Of a stretch of DNA of 64,000 bases, positions 12,467-25,054 are shown piece by piece. A program made the translations under genes and the position numbers. This stretch comes from an uncultured Bacteroidota bacterium (GTDB lineage Bacteria; Bacteroidota; Bacteroidia; Chitinophagales; Chitinophagaceae). The stretch lies in NCBI GenBank assembly GCA_963812825.1, contig CAWEWO010000009.1, positions 459,087-523,086 on the forward strand, written 5' to 3'. Each line of letters starts with the position of its first letter. The first letter of the stretch is position 1. The notes beneath the pieces were generated by a model. That model was given only the letters and a program-made list of their open reading frames with translations, did not search any database and was not told the origin of the DNA.

Positions 12467-13325
12467 TTAAATGAATTTTAGAAAGCCTGAACTTTGCAGG
12501 TACTGTTTAGGTCGCTGTTCATATTCATATGCAGTAACCAGTCCTTCTTTTGCGATCCGCATGTTAATGTTATAGTTGAGTTTATATACAGCCGGATAAT
12601 GATTTTTCCAAATCATATTCCATAGACCCGCTGCCCGTATCCATAACCGGCAATGGGAAGATCTTTCACTTCCATGTTCAAGATCAAAATTGACATCAAC
12701 ATCAAAAAGGGCCAGTGTTTCCCCGGATAGATTTTAAGTGATAAATCGTGATATAATCCATTTTCAATGTAACGCCAGCCACCGGGATGCTGACGGGTGT
12801 ATGTAATGTATCTGATTCTGCCCGGGTACCAGACTCTTATTGGGCAGATTAATCTGCGAGATCGATGACATCGGTTTTCAGCATTTGACTGCTTCTGCGT
12901 ATTCCTGCAGGGTAATTCCGGAAATAGAATCATAAACCGGCATTTCATTAAGCCTTGCAGTGCCAAGAAATTTTGTTTCCGGAGTCAAGGAATCTTGGCC
13001 AGATCTTGTCGTCTGATTCAAGTAATCGACATGGTTACCGGTATCTTACCGCTTTGACTTATTCAGAGAACCGGATATTGTCAAGGCCTCCATGCTGGTT
13101 TCCTGTTCCTGTACGGTGGGATTCTTTACGCCGTTTGCTTCCATTTTTGCAATCATATCCGCAGTACTGCTGTCCAGATTCAGCTCGATCTCTGATTTTC
13201 TGGGTAATCGGACTGATCATAACTGATGTTGGGTAGCAATGCCCATTGTAAAATGAACAGCGTCCTGGCAATGAACCCGGTAAAGAGAACAGAGTCCGGA
13301 GAAACACGCAAGTAATTAGTGTCAT
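12467..13325 (-). CDS. Hypothetical exported protein; heavily frameshifted
   Basis: Signal-like N-terminus and protein-like open segments in alternating minus frames (ORFs 13059-13340, 12613-12966); no family recognised. Confidence 0.4.
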
Positions 13326-13397
13326 CTGAGACTTTTTCAATTAATAACCGATAATAAAACCGGCTGCAAGTTATTTTAATTCCGTGATGCGGTCAGG

Positions 13398-13978
13398 TTA
13401 TTTAGACATCGCTTTTTCGATACTCTTGTCGGGGATCAGCCAGCGAATGGCCACGATGCAAAAAATGATGGCCGAAAACAAAGTGTTATAATAGGCCAGG
13501 ATAATCGCCAGACAATAACAATACAAGCGAAAAAATACCTTTCTGCATCACCCGGCTAAAGGCTTCCACCAGCTTTGGATTATTTTTTGTTACTCCGTCT
13601 CGACACAAATCTGCAGTATGGTAAAAGAAATGCCGCAAACCAGGAGTAGAATGGCATAGAGAACCACGGTATTCTGGGCAAAATGATTTTCGCCCATCCA
13701 TCCGGTGGCAAATGGTATCAGGGATAACCAAAATAACAGATTCATATTGGACCAGATAATCGCCGCATTGACATGGCTTATACACTGATCAGGTGGTGGT
13801 GATTACCCCAGTATATTCCGATATATATAAAACTCAGCAGATAACTTAAAAATACCGGCAGTTGTTCCTTCAATGCCATCCAGCTCGTATCATGGGGTGT
13901 TTTGATTTCCAATACCATGATTGTGATAATGATGGCAATCACACCATCGCTGAATGCTTCCAGTCTGTTTTTATTCAT
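13398..13978 (-). CDS. TMEM175 family (DUF1211) potassium channel; frameshifted
   Basis: RLEAFSDGVIAIIITIMVLE signature, YWGNHH, C-terminal WLIPDKSIEK. Confidence 0.92.
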
Positions 13979-14068
13979 ATCGCTGTCAGGGGTTCGTATC
14001 AGGACTAAAAGGCGAATTAGCCCGGAGCCTATCCGGCGGGTAATGAAAAAACCTATACTATAAAAGAA

Positions 14069-14326
14069 TTAAACTTCCTGTTCCAGAATGGCAGGATGAA
14101 ATTGGGCAACTGCTTCCTGAATCCACGGTGGAAGATTTTTTTCCTGAACGGTCCAGGTATTATCTTCCAATAACATATTGATATAATAACGATTTCCCCG
14201 GTCGTCACTCACATCGACATGGTACACCGGACCGGCAATTCCATTACTTTTTCTGAAATTGAATTCCCTCAGCCGTCCTTCTGCTTTAATCAATTTCGAA
14301 AATTGCACATTTTTCAAGACTGCCAT
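14069..14326 (-). CDS. Conserved hypothetical protein (Chitinophagaceae-type, 85 aa)
   Basis: Intact ORF with FSKLIKAEGRLREFNFRK...HVDVSDDRGNR; TACATTTG promoter directly upstream. Confidence 0.75.
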   Translation of the reverse strand: MAVLKNVQFSKLIKAEGRLREFNFRKSNGIAGPVYHVDVSDDRGNRYYINMLLEDNTWTVQEKNLPPWIQEAVAQFHPAILEQEV

Positions 14327-14509
14327 AAGCGCAAATGTAATTCTTCCTGAATAATATTTCTAGGTTTAAAAAACGGATAATGACTAAGTATTTACACTTA
14401 GACGACGCCGGAACCTATAATGAGTTATTAACATTTGGTTTATAAATCGATCGTTTCACCCTTTTCCAATTAAATCCGGATATTTCAGAACTTTGAACAA
14501 ACCCTTTGC

Positions 14510-14758
14510 ATGCCATTAAAAATGCATGATCTGAGTCGTGGAACAGGTAGAGAAAACTGATCACTTGAATATGAAATGCAACCGGCCTTTACCGGTCAGA
14601 ATCCCTATATCGCCAGCGGTCCCGGTCACGAGATCCTGGTTAGCCTTATGCCCAATGGATTATATCAGGTTGAATTGCTCGATAAAAAACAAATGGAGGA
14701 ATCCCTACAGCAAACGATCAAGACATTTAAGGAATATGCGGCAGCTCGAAAATCCTGA
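14510..14758 (+). CDS. Small hypothetical protein; probably frameshifted at 5' end
   Basis: ORF 14576-14758 extendable to ATG 14510 with a frame change. Confidence 0.4.
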
Positions 14759-15903
14759 ATCTGAAACTAATTGATAAGTAGGTTGATCCTTCAGACTCAG
14801 CTGCAACGGGTTCCATTTCCGTCTTGAATCTTTTTTAGACTGGATTGTTTTATCCTCTTCCCCCAATAAAATTCCCCAGGGTTTCAGACTTTCTATCCGG
14901 TCAAAAATTATTTTGAGTACGGCTATAACAGGAATGGACAAAAACATTCCGGAAACACCCCAGATCATTTCACCCAAAACAACACCGAGTACCGTAATCA
15001 GGGGATTTATTTTAACCTTGGAACCAACAATGGCAGGTAATAATATATTGCTGTCTACCAGGTGCGTGATAACCAGGGTAATTACCACCAGCAATACTTT
15101 TCCTGCAGCCGCAGCGGTCGCAAAGGTTATCAGTACACTGATCAGCATGGCAGTAAAAATGCCGATATAAGGAATGATATTAAAAAGCCCGGTAATCAGA
15201 CCGAGTAAGAGAGCATATTTGATTCCCAGGGCCCAAAAGCAACACAAACCACCACCGAAACAATACACATTTCAATAAACAACCCGATAATATATTTTCG
15301 CAGGATTTGCTGAACCTGTTCAATGATTTCATGCACAACCAGGGAATTTTTTTCCAGGAAAACCGAGACGAGAAAATGCATGATCAGTCTCCGGTAGGTG
15401 AGAAAAAAAAGTGTGTAAATAAATGTAAAAACCAGGAAAAGAAGAATGGAAGAAAGAGAAACAATGGTAACGCCTACTACGGCCGTTCCCGAAGCCAGTA
15501 CATTACTGGTTGCTGATTTCACAAAGGTGAGCTGTTTGGATGCATTAATATGAAATTTCACAGCGATCCAGTGCTGTAAACTCGATAAGGAATTTTCCAG
15601 TTGCATTTTAAACTGCGGCCAGTCATCTGCCAGGTCACTCATTGGACACCTACAAGATAAACGATTGCACCGATAAGAGCAACCAGCAATAAGTACGGAA
15701 AGGATTGCAGCCAATCCACGGCGGAAATGCGATTTGTTTTCCAGAAAAGAAGCCAGGGGTAAAAGAAAATGGAAAATAAACAGGAAAAGATTAAGGGACT
15801 CAAAATTTCTTTACCCTGTACGACCAGGTAACCAATAGCCACCAGGCTGACAAGTACAGCAGCCAGTTTGTGATAAAAAGGGAATGTTTTATGGAAGAGG
15901 CAT
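14705..15903 (-). CDS. AI-2E family transporter; frameshifted, 3' end approximate
   Basis: EILSPLIFS, YALLLGLITGLFNIIPYIG, LVDSNILLPAIVGSKVKINPL, WGVSGMFLSIP. Confidence 0.9.
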
Positions 15904-16077
15904 TGTGAAAAGTAAAAAATTAAAACATTTATTAAAGATTTTAGTCTATTTATACCGAGTTGAATTTGAGTTTTGATATTTTGCTTTTTAGTTTTGTATT
16001 TGATTAAAACAGGCATGATTTTTAGAACGATTATCATCAAACTCTATTTTTGACAGAATTTCAGTGTGTACATTGCA

Positions 16078-16253
16078 ATGAAAACCAAAAAAATTCTGAT
16101 CGCCGGTGCTATCACCCTTACAGCCCTTCTGATTATACAGCTGATTAAAAGAAAAAAAGCAGAAAAAAAAGGCTGACTGTCGTAGCCGATGAAGGCTATG
16201 AAACAGCCGAGGACATCCTTTTTCCCAAAAGAAAGTTTCTTCGTCTGGGTTAA
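16078..16253 (+). CDS. Small membrane-anchored hypothetical protein (~58 aa; one frameshift in an A-run)
   Basis: MKTKKILIAGAITLTALLIIQLIKRKK, then VADEGYETAEDILFP; TACATTG directly before ATG; not in ORF track. Confidence 0.55.
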
Positions 16254-16529
16254 CTGCCCGGTAAATCTCCTAAATACTCGTTAACCGGCATTAAAGCTAC
16301 TATTACCAATCCAATCTATATATAGATTGATTAACTAGGATTTAATCCAGCTTACCCCGAATTTGCTTCAAATATACAGCAGTCATAGGTGGCCAGTTCT
16401 AGCATTAGCGCTTCTTACAATTGACAATAACCATTCAGTTTTAGGCTTTGATTTTAGCTCAGGTACCGGACAGGCTCCCAATGCAAACGCTGCTTCATTT
16501 TTCCTCCATAAAAGTAAAGAAAATACCTT

Positions 16530-16566
16530 GTTTATACTTTTTAGTATAAACGGTTTCGTAAATTTG
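16530..16566 (+). promoter_or_regulatory. suf promoter: 9-4-9 inverted repeat (candidate Rrf2 operator) followed by Bacteroidota -7 element
   Basis: GTTTATACT-tttt-AGTATAAAC at 16530-16551; TAAATTTG at 16559-16566; sufB ATG at 16571. Confidence 0.65.
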
Positions 16567-16570
16567 CTGT

Positions 16571-18054
16571 ATGAAGACAGATCTCATTCAACCTAAATCC
16601 CGGGAAGCTGAGGATGAACTGAGTACGATTGAAAAAACGGTATTCAGCGACTATAAATATGGGTTTGTTACCGATATTGAAGCAGATGAAGCGCCCAAAG
16701 GGTCTGAATGAGGATATTATCCGTTTTATTTCAGCCAGGAAAAAGGAACCTGAATGGATGCTGGAATGGCGATTAAAAGCCTACCGTCACTGGCTGACGA
16801 TGAAAACACCGGAATGGGCCAATATCAAATTCCCACCAATCAATTACCAGGATATTATTTATTATTCTGCTCCCAAACAAAAAATAAATCCCAAAAACCT
16901 GGATGAAATCGATCCGGAACTGATGACGGACATTTGAAAAACTGGGTATTTCGCTGGATGAACAAAAAAGACTTAACCGGTGTTGCTGTGGATGCTGTAA
17001 TCGACAGTGTTTCCATCGGCACTTCATTTAAAGAGCAACTGGCCGAACTGGGAATTATTTTCTGTTCCATGAGCGAAGCCATCCAGGAACATCCTGAACT
17101 GATAAAAAAATATCTGGGTTCTGTTGTTCCTATTACCGATAATTATTTTGCTGCATTGAATTCAGCCGTATTCAGTGATGGTTCATTTTGTTATATTCCA
17201 AAAGGTGTTCGCTGCCCGATGGAACTTTCAACTTATTTCCGCATCAATGCAGAAAATACCGGTCAGTTTGAAAGAACACTGATTGTTGCTGAAGAAGGAA
17301 GTTATGTGAGTTACCTGGAAGGTTGTACAGCACCGATGCGCGATGAAAATCAATTGCATGCTGCGGTGGTTGAACTGATTGCACTGGATAATGCGGAAAT
17401 AAAATATTCAACCGTTCAGAACTGGTATCCCGGCGATAAAGAGGGCAGGGTGGTATTTACAATTTTGTAACCAAACGTGGTATTTGCAAAGGCAATCATT
17501 CAAAAATTTCCTGGACACAGGTAGAAACCGGTTCTGCCATTACCTGGAAATATCCAAGTGTGATTTTGAAAGGTGATTATTCAATCGGTGAATTTTATTC
17601 TGTTGCGGTTACCAATAATTACCAGCAGGCCGATACCGGAACCAAAATGATGCATCTCGGAAAAAATACAAAGAGCCGTATTGTTTCAAAAGGAATTTCT
17701 GCCGGCTTCAGCAATAACAGTTACCGCGGTCTGGTGCATGTAAGTAAGAATGCAGCCAATGCACGAAATTTTTCACAATGCGATTCATTGTTACTGGGCG
17801 ATAAATGCGGTGCACATACTTTTCCTTATATCGAAGTAAAAAATAATACAGCGATTGTGGAACATGAAGCCACTACTTCCAAAATTGGTGAAGACCAGAT
17901 TTTCTATTGCAACCAGCGGGGTATTGATACAGAAACAGCAGTGGCACTAATCATAAATGGATTTGCCAAAGAAGTAATGAACCAGTTGCCGATGGAATTT
18001 GCAGTGGAAGCACAAAAATTGCTGGCGATCAGTTTGGAAGGAAGCGTAGGATAG
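16571..18054 (+). CDS. sufB: Fe-S cluster assembly protein SufB; frameshifted
   Basis: [66 protein letters not shown]. Confidence 0.97.
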
Positions 18055-18133
18055 TATGGAAGTATGGGAGTATGGGAGTATGGGAGTGAAATTTAATAAT
18101 TACGGTCAACGGTCATCCGTCAACCGTCAACGA
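18053..18133 (+). repeat. Composite intergenic repeat: (AGTATGGR)x4 starting in the sufB stop codon, then heptamer (ACGGTCA/ACCGTCA)x4
   Basis: agtatgga agtatggg agtatggg agtatggg agtg ... acggtca acggtca tccgtca accgtca acg. Confidence 0.8.
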
Positions 18134-18167
18134 ATAAATCAGAGTAATAAAAATTATAAAGAATACT

Positions 18168-18930
18168 ATGTTGACGATTCAGAATTTACATGCAGGTATT
18201 GAAGGAAAAAAAATTTTAAACGGTATCAACCTGGAAATCAAAGCAGGAGAAGTACATGCTATCATGGGACCAAATGGTTCCGGGAAAAGTACACTGGCAT
18301 CTGTACTGGCCGGACGAAGCGATTATGAAGTACTGGAAGGCTCTGTTGAATTTCTGGGAAAGGATCTGTTGGAACTGTCTCCGGAAGAAAGGGCAGCGGA
18401 AGGTTTGTTTCTTGCTTTTCAGTACCCGGTGGAAATTCCAGGATTAAGCACAACCAATTTTATCAAAACAGCTGTAAATGAAATTCGGAAATACCGTGGC
18501 GAAGCATCCACTGGATGCCGTTGCATTTCTGAAAATGATGAAAGAAAAAATGGCATTGATGAATATTGATCAGTCATTACTGAGCCGTTCACTGAATGAA
18601 GGATTTTCCGGTGGTGAAAAAAAACGAAATGAAATTTTCCAGATGGCAATGCTGGAACCCAAGCTGGCCATTCTGGATGAAACTGATTCAGGTCTGGATA
18701 TTGATGCTATCCGCATTGTTGCCAATGGTGTAAATAAATTACGCAATAAAGACAATGCTGTGTTGGTGGTTACCCACTATCAGCGTTTGCTTGATTATAT
18801 CGTTCCTGATTTTGTACATGTATTGTATAATGGACGAATTGTAAAATCAGGTACAAAGGAACTGGCCCTGGAACTGGAAGAAAGAGGATATGATTTTATT
18901 AAAAATGAAAACACGGTAGAAGCTGCTTAA
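18168..18930 (+). CDS. sufC: Fe-S cluster assembly ATPase SufC; frameshifted
   Basis: [43 protein letters not shown]. Confidence 0.97.
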
Positions 18931-18953
18931 TCGTGCAGCTTAATAAGCATATC

Positions 18954-20277
18954 ATGAATACAATCGCATATTTTAAAGAAAGATTTGATCAGTTTCAGCC
19001 CAAGTGATGACCATGGAGGTCTCGATAAACTCCGGGAACAGGCTTTTACAGGCTTTTTCTAATATGGGTATTCCCGGATCAAAACATGAAGAATGGAAAT
19101 ATACCCGGATAGCCGGTTTATTTAATAAGGAATTTCAATTGCCTGCTGATCCGCTGACAGGTATCCGTTACAACGTCGAAGACCTGGATAAATTTCGTTT
19201 ACCCGGTCATGAACAGGCGAATGAACTGGTATTTGTAAATGGATTTTATTCTTTTTCTCTTTCCCGGATCCGTTCATCCGGATTGCGAGGTGATCGCACT
19301 GGAAGAAGCTGCGAATAATGAATCATCAGCGAAATTGTTACACAATAGCTTGGCCACAGCAGCCATTACCTGAAAGATGGCATCAATGCACTGAATACTG
19401 CATTTGTACATGGTGCAGTTTTTATTCATGTCGACAAAGGGACAGCATATTGAACATCCGGTTTACATTTATCATATTACTGATGCACGCTCAGTAAATA
19501 TTCTTTCCCAGCCACGCAGCCTGATGTCATGTGAGTGAACATGCACAGGTGCAGATGGTGGAAACTTATGCAACCCTTGGATCGCAATGAAAGTTTTACC
19601 AACCAGGTAATGGAAATAATTGTTGAAAAAGATGCCAGGCTGGAATATTATAAAATTCAAAATGACGGCACCAATACAAACCAGGTAAGCACAACACATA
19701 TCCGGCAGATCGGAAAAAGTTATACCCATACAGTTACCATTTCATTAAATGGCGGCATTGTTCGCAATAACCTGAATGTGTTCTGGATGCAGAAAATTGT
19801 GAAGCACATTTATATGGTTTGTATTTTCAAACCGGGCAAAGTCATATTGACAATCATACCATCGTTGACAATGTAAAACCAAATTGTCTGAGCAATGAAT
19901 TGTATAAAGGCATTATTGAACGATAATGCAACCGGTGTATTCAATGGAAAAATATTTGTTCGCCAGCAGGCACAAAAAACAAATGCCTATCAATCCAATA
20001 AAAATATTTTGCTTTCCGATTCCAGCAGTGTAAATACAAAACCACAACTGGAAATTTTTGCAGATGATGTAAAATGTTCACATGGTTGTACGGTGGGCCG
20101 GCTGAATGAAGAAGGTTTGTTTTATTTGCAATCCAGGGGCATTTCAGAAAAAACAGCCCGCAATCTTATTGCTCAGTGCATTTGCTGCCGATATTCTGGA
20201 ACAGATAAAACCTGAAGCCTTCGCGTGCATATGTTGAAAAACTGATCAATGAACGTTTGGAAAATGATTTATCATGA
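18954..20277 (+). CDS. sufD: Fe-S cluster assembly protein SufD; several frameshifts
   Basis: EEWKYT, LVFVNG, IDNHT, GVFNGKIFV, KPQLEIFADDVKCSHGCTVG, FYLQSRGI. Confidence 0.95.
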
Positions 20278-21523
<1,246 letters not shown>

Positions 21524-21975
21524 ATGAATGCCGGACCTGACATATTGCAGAAACTGAAAAGGAAATCGTTGAAGAATTTGCATTGTTTGATTCCTGGGAT
21601 GATAAATATGAATATATTATTGACCTGGGAAAAAAACTGCCTCCGCTGGATCCAAAATATAAAACGGATGAAAACAGGGTAAGAGGCTGCCAGTCGACGG
21701 TTTGGCTGGTGGCAGATTATAGAGATGGAAAATTATTTTACAAGGCAGATAGTGATGCGGTGATTGTAAAAGGATTGATCAGTATGCTGATCCGGGTTTT
21801 GTCAGGCAAAACGCCGGATGAAATCATCGAGGCAAAACTGGATTTTATCAGCGAGATCGGAATGACAACACATCTGGCACAAACCCGTTCGAATGGATTA
21901 CTGACCATGGTAAAGCAAATGAAAAATTATGCACTGGCATATAAAATAAAGGATCCCGTTCCTTCAAAAAATTAG
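21524..21975 (+). CDS. sufE: SufE family sulfur acceptor
   Basis: WDDKYEYIIDLGK, VRGCQSTVW, DSDAVIVKGL, RSNGL. Confidence 0.93.
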
Positions 21976-21978
21976 GAA

Positions 21979-22311
21979 ATGGAAGATTTGAAAGAAAAAG
22001 TAATTGAAAAATTACAAACGATTTTTGATCCGGAAATTCCGGTGAATATTTATGAACTGGGATTGATTTATGAAATAAATATTCTGCCGATCAATAATGT
22101 GCAGATCGTGATGACACTGACAGCACCGAGTTGTCCGGCTGCTCAATCATTGCCGGTTGAAGTAGATCAGAAATTAAGGGAGATTGAAGGCGTGAATGAT
22201 GTGCATGTGGCTGTTACCTGGACGCCGCCCTGGGATAAAAGCATGATGTCGGAAGTGGCACAACTGGAATTGGGATGGCTTATAAAAGGCTTAAAGCCTG
22301 TACATGCTTAA
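21979..22311 (+). CDS. sufT: DUF59 / SufT iron-sulfur assembly protein (3' end may be shifted)
   Basis: DPEIPVNIYELGLIY, MTLTAPSCP, PPWDKSMMSEVAQLELG. Confidence 0.9.
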   Translation: MEDLKEKVIEKLQTIFDPEIPVNIYELGLIYEINILPINNVQIVMTLTAPSCPAAQSLPVEVDQKLREIEGVNDVHVAVTWTPPWDKSMMSEVAQLELGWLIKGLKPVHA

Positions 22312-22357
22312 TTCGCAATTGACGACTTATAACGGTTGGCTATATGAAAATAATATT

Positions 22358-22838
22358 ATGAAAATTACTGCACAGGAAGAATTTGGTTTACGGGTACTGA
22401 TCCGGATCGCAGGATGCGAAACGGAAGATGGTATGAGTATTCCGCAACTCAGCAAAGCCGAAGGACTGAGCAGTCACTATGTTGCCAAACTTACCCGGAC
22501 TCTTCGTATGGCCGGATTCATTAACAGTACGCCCGGATTATAAAGGCGGTTATGTACTGGCAAAACCTGCGAAAGAAATTAAAATAAAATATGTACTGCA
22601 GGCACTGGGCGGCGTATTATATGATAAAGATTTTTGCGGCCAGCATGCGGGATCTGTAAAACTTTGCACCAATTCCGTGGATTGTTCGGCCCGCTCCCTC
22701 TGGCAGATGATTCAGTTTACGGTTGATCAGCTGCTGGATAAGATCACGCTTTACGATATGGCCAATTCCAAGAAAAATGAATCCGCCCAATTTCTCCGGC
22801 AGATTCTGGAAGAAGCGCCCAAACTGGTGCAACACTAA
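22358..22838 (+). CDS. Rrf2 family transcriptional regulator with three-Cys Fe-S motif; frameshifted
   Basis: MKITAQEEFGLR, LSSHYVAKL, G.KGGYVLAKPA, C-x9-C-x5-C (CGQHAGSVKLCTNSVDC). Confidence 0.9.
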
Positions 22839-22910
22839 AGAATGACATTATCTTAATGTAACAGACTGAAAAATCCTTCTGTCTTTACCTGCCTTATCAC
22901 TTATGGATTT

Positions 22911-23827
22911 TTATATTGAATAGGTGATATGCATCATGCCTTTAAAATTCAACCGTGTCTGTCCCTCCGCAAAATTCTGTGATACCGGAAACTGACCATT
23001 CAGCCCCAGTCCGAGTTTTTTGAAATTAAATTCTATACCCGCAATTACCGTTGTAACATTACTCCCTGTGTATCTGATTTTCGTATTTTGAAAACTGTTC
23101 GTAGCAATATTTTCATAGCCGAGACCCAGGTTGGGAGCAATGGAGGACTTTTTGAACGGAATCTGGTAATAGGCTATCAGGTTTGCGTTTAACTTGTTTC
23201 CATACTTGTAATTTTCCTGGTTGATGGTATTGATTTTATAATTAACCGACGCGTTAATTCCCATATTTCCAATACTGAGGGTATAAAGTCCGCTCAATAA
23301 AAAATCCACACTTCCTGTTCCTATCTGCGCATTTATATCTGCAATGGTTGTGGTTGAGTCCATCGGGTCGGCATTAAAGCGACCGGTGGGTAGTTTTATT
23401 CCTCCTCCCAGCCACAGTTGCTGGTCAATAACGTCCTGGCCGCTGGTCGCACCGACATTATGAAAAACCTGGTATTGACCCAGGATAAGGTGATATCGCC
23501 CAAACCCGAAGGCGTTGTTGTTCCATCATCGTCTACCTGCTTGTTGAAATAATACGGAACAAAAGCCATCACCTGGAATTTTTTGCCAACCCGCATACCT
23601 CCCCAGAACTCGATGGAATTGTAATAATTGGTGCTGAACTGGTCTGGATCACTCACCAGTTGGGAGTGATACTGGGCGTAATGATACCGGAGCCCTATAA
23701 AATGACTTTTAAAATCAGGAAGCAGTCCCATATACAGATTTCCCCCGCCGCAGCCACAAATTGGACAGGCAGAAGCGGTTAGATTAATAATCAATAACAC
23801 TATAGATATAATAAATACCTTCTTCAT
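22911..23827 (-). CDS. Outer-membrane beta-barrel (MetA/phenol-degradation transporter-like) with N-terminal CxxCxC metal motif; frameshifted
   Basis: Signal peptide then ACPICGCGGG; SGLGDI, KLPTG, GTGSVDF; terminal strand HITYSI. Confidence 0.7.
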
Positions 23828-23876
23828 AATTCAAATTGAATAAGTAAAAAATAAATCAGGCAAATCGCCGGCCAGC

Positions 23877-23894
23877 CCTGCCTTCGATGGCAGG
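23877..23894 (-). promoter_or_regulatory. GC-rich hairpin between the HPP-ended ORF and the CxxCxC outer-membrane gene
   Basis: CCTGCC-ttcgat-GGCAGG inverted repeat. Confidence 0.45.
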
Positions 23895-23926
23895 ACAAAA
23901 ACGAGTTTAGTAAAATACAGGTGTAA

Positions 23927-24298
23927 TCAGACCCGCGGAGGGTGAAAAAATGAAACAGTATAGTCCTGGGATTTTCCGGCCAGATAATAACCGGTATTAC
24001 AATGTATCAATACGGTGCCCAAAGCAGGGGAATAAGATTGGGTATTCACCAATACCTGTAGCTCGGAAAAATATTTTTGTGCTTTATCTGCAGGACATGA
24101 TTGCGGGTTCTCTTCCTGGGTAAGTTTTTTATTCAGAAAGCATTTACCCTGGCAACAGCTTTTTGGTTTGCTCCGGTTAACGCAGAGCGTTTTTATAATA
24201 TAGTCTTTATTCCATTCATATTCCAGAATAACAAGCATTTTGCTGAAAGTTTGCAGTCCGACCAGCAGAACAAACAGAATGGTTAACGGGTATTTCAT
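23927..24298 (-). CDS. Cys-rich small protein ending FFHPPRV (candidate regulatory leader)
   Basis: Intact 123 aa; hydrophobic N-terminus; C-x8-CC-x3-C; TAATTTTG promoter at 24306-24313. Confidence 0.8.
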   Translation of the reverse strand: MKYPLTILFVLLVGLQTFSKMLVILEYEWNKDYIIKTLCVNRSKPKSCCQGKCFLNKKLTQEENPQSCPADKAQKYFSELQVLVNTQSYSPALGTVLIHCNTGYYLAGKSQDYTVSFFHPPRV

Positions 24299-24361
24299 CC
24301 GCCGGCAAAATTATATGAAGTCGGGTGACAGGCCAAATCTCGTCCGGTTTTCTGATCTCCA

Positions 24362-25001
24362 TTATTCACTGCGTTTCAAATGCTCCGGCAGGGAAATGTT
24401 CCTGCTGAAGGAATCAGGTTCCGGTTTTTGCCTGACAATTTGCAGGGGAATGATCCCGGACCAGATGGGCAGTTCCTGGTCCTCTTCTTCATCTATCGGC
24501 ATACCCGTACGGATTTTTGCTGAAGCTTCCGTCAGGGAAAAAGCAAGCGCCGTAGTTTTGTTTACTTCATTTTCTTTTACCGGGCGAAGATAATTCCAGC
24601 TGTCCGGTACGATTTTATTCGTCAGCCATTCGAATGCATGCTTTTTTGTCCGCTATGTTTTCAACCTTTTCGGCAACTCCAAAAATAACTACCGACCGGT
24701 AGTTGATAGAATGATGAAATGCAGACTTTGCAACGACCAGCGCATCCATCAGTGTTACGGAGATGCATACCGGGATCCCTTTTTCAATTTCCCGGATAAA
24801 ATGACTTCCTACCGATCCATGAACATAGATCTTATCTTCATATCTCACGAAGGCAGTGGGAATGGAAAAAGGCTTTCCATCGGAAACATAGCTGATCGTG
24901 CAAAAAAGCGCTTCATCCAGGATCCCGTAAATGGAGTCCTTATCAAAATGAGCTCTTTTTGCCAGGCGGCTTGGCACCAGATGGGGAGGTATTGAAGACA
25001 T
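24362..25001 (-). CDS. Pyridoxamine 5'-phosphate oxidase-like flavin-binding protein (NimA-like); frameshifted
   Basis: IYGILDEA, IYVHGSVGS, SAFHHSINYRSVVIFG, ASAKIRTG, PIWSGIIP. Confidence 0.88.
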
Positions 25002-25054
25002 AAAATGTTTTTTACAATGCGTTATCTTTAGCAAGCTAAAATAAATAAAAGCCA

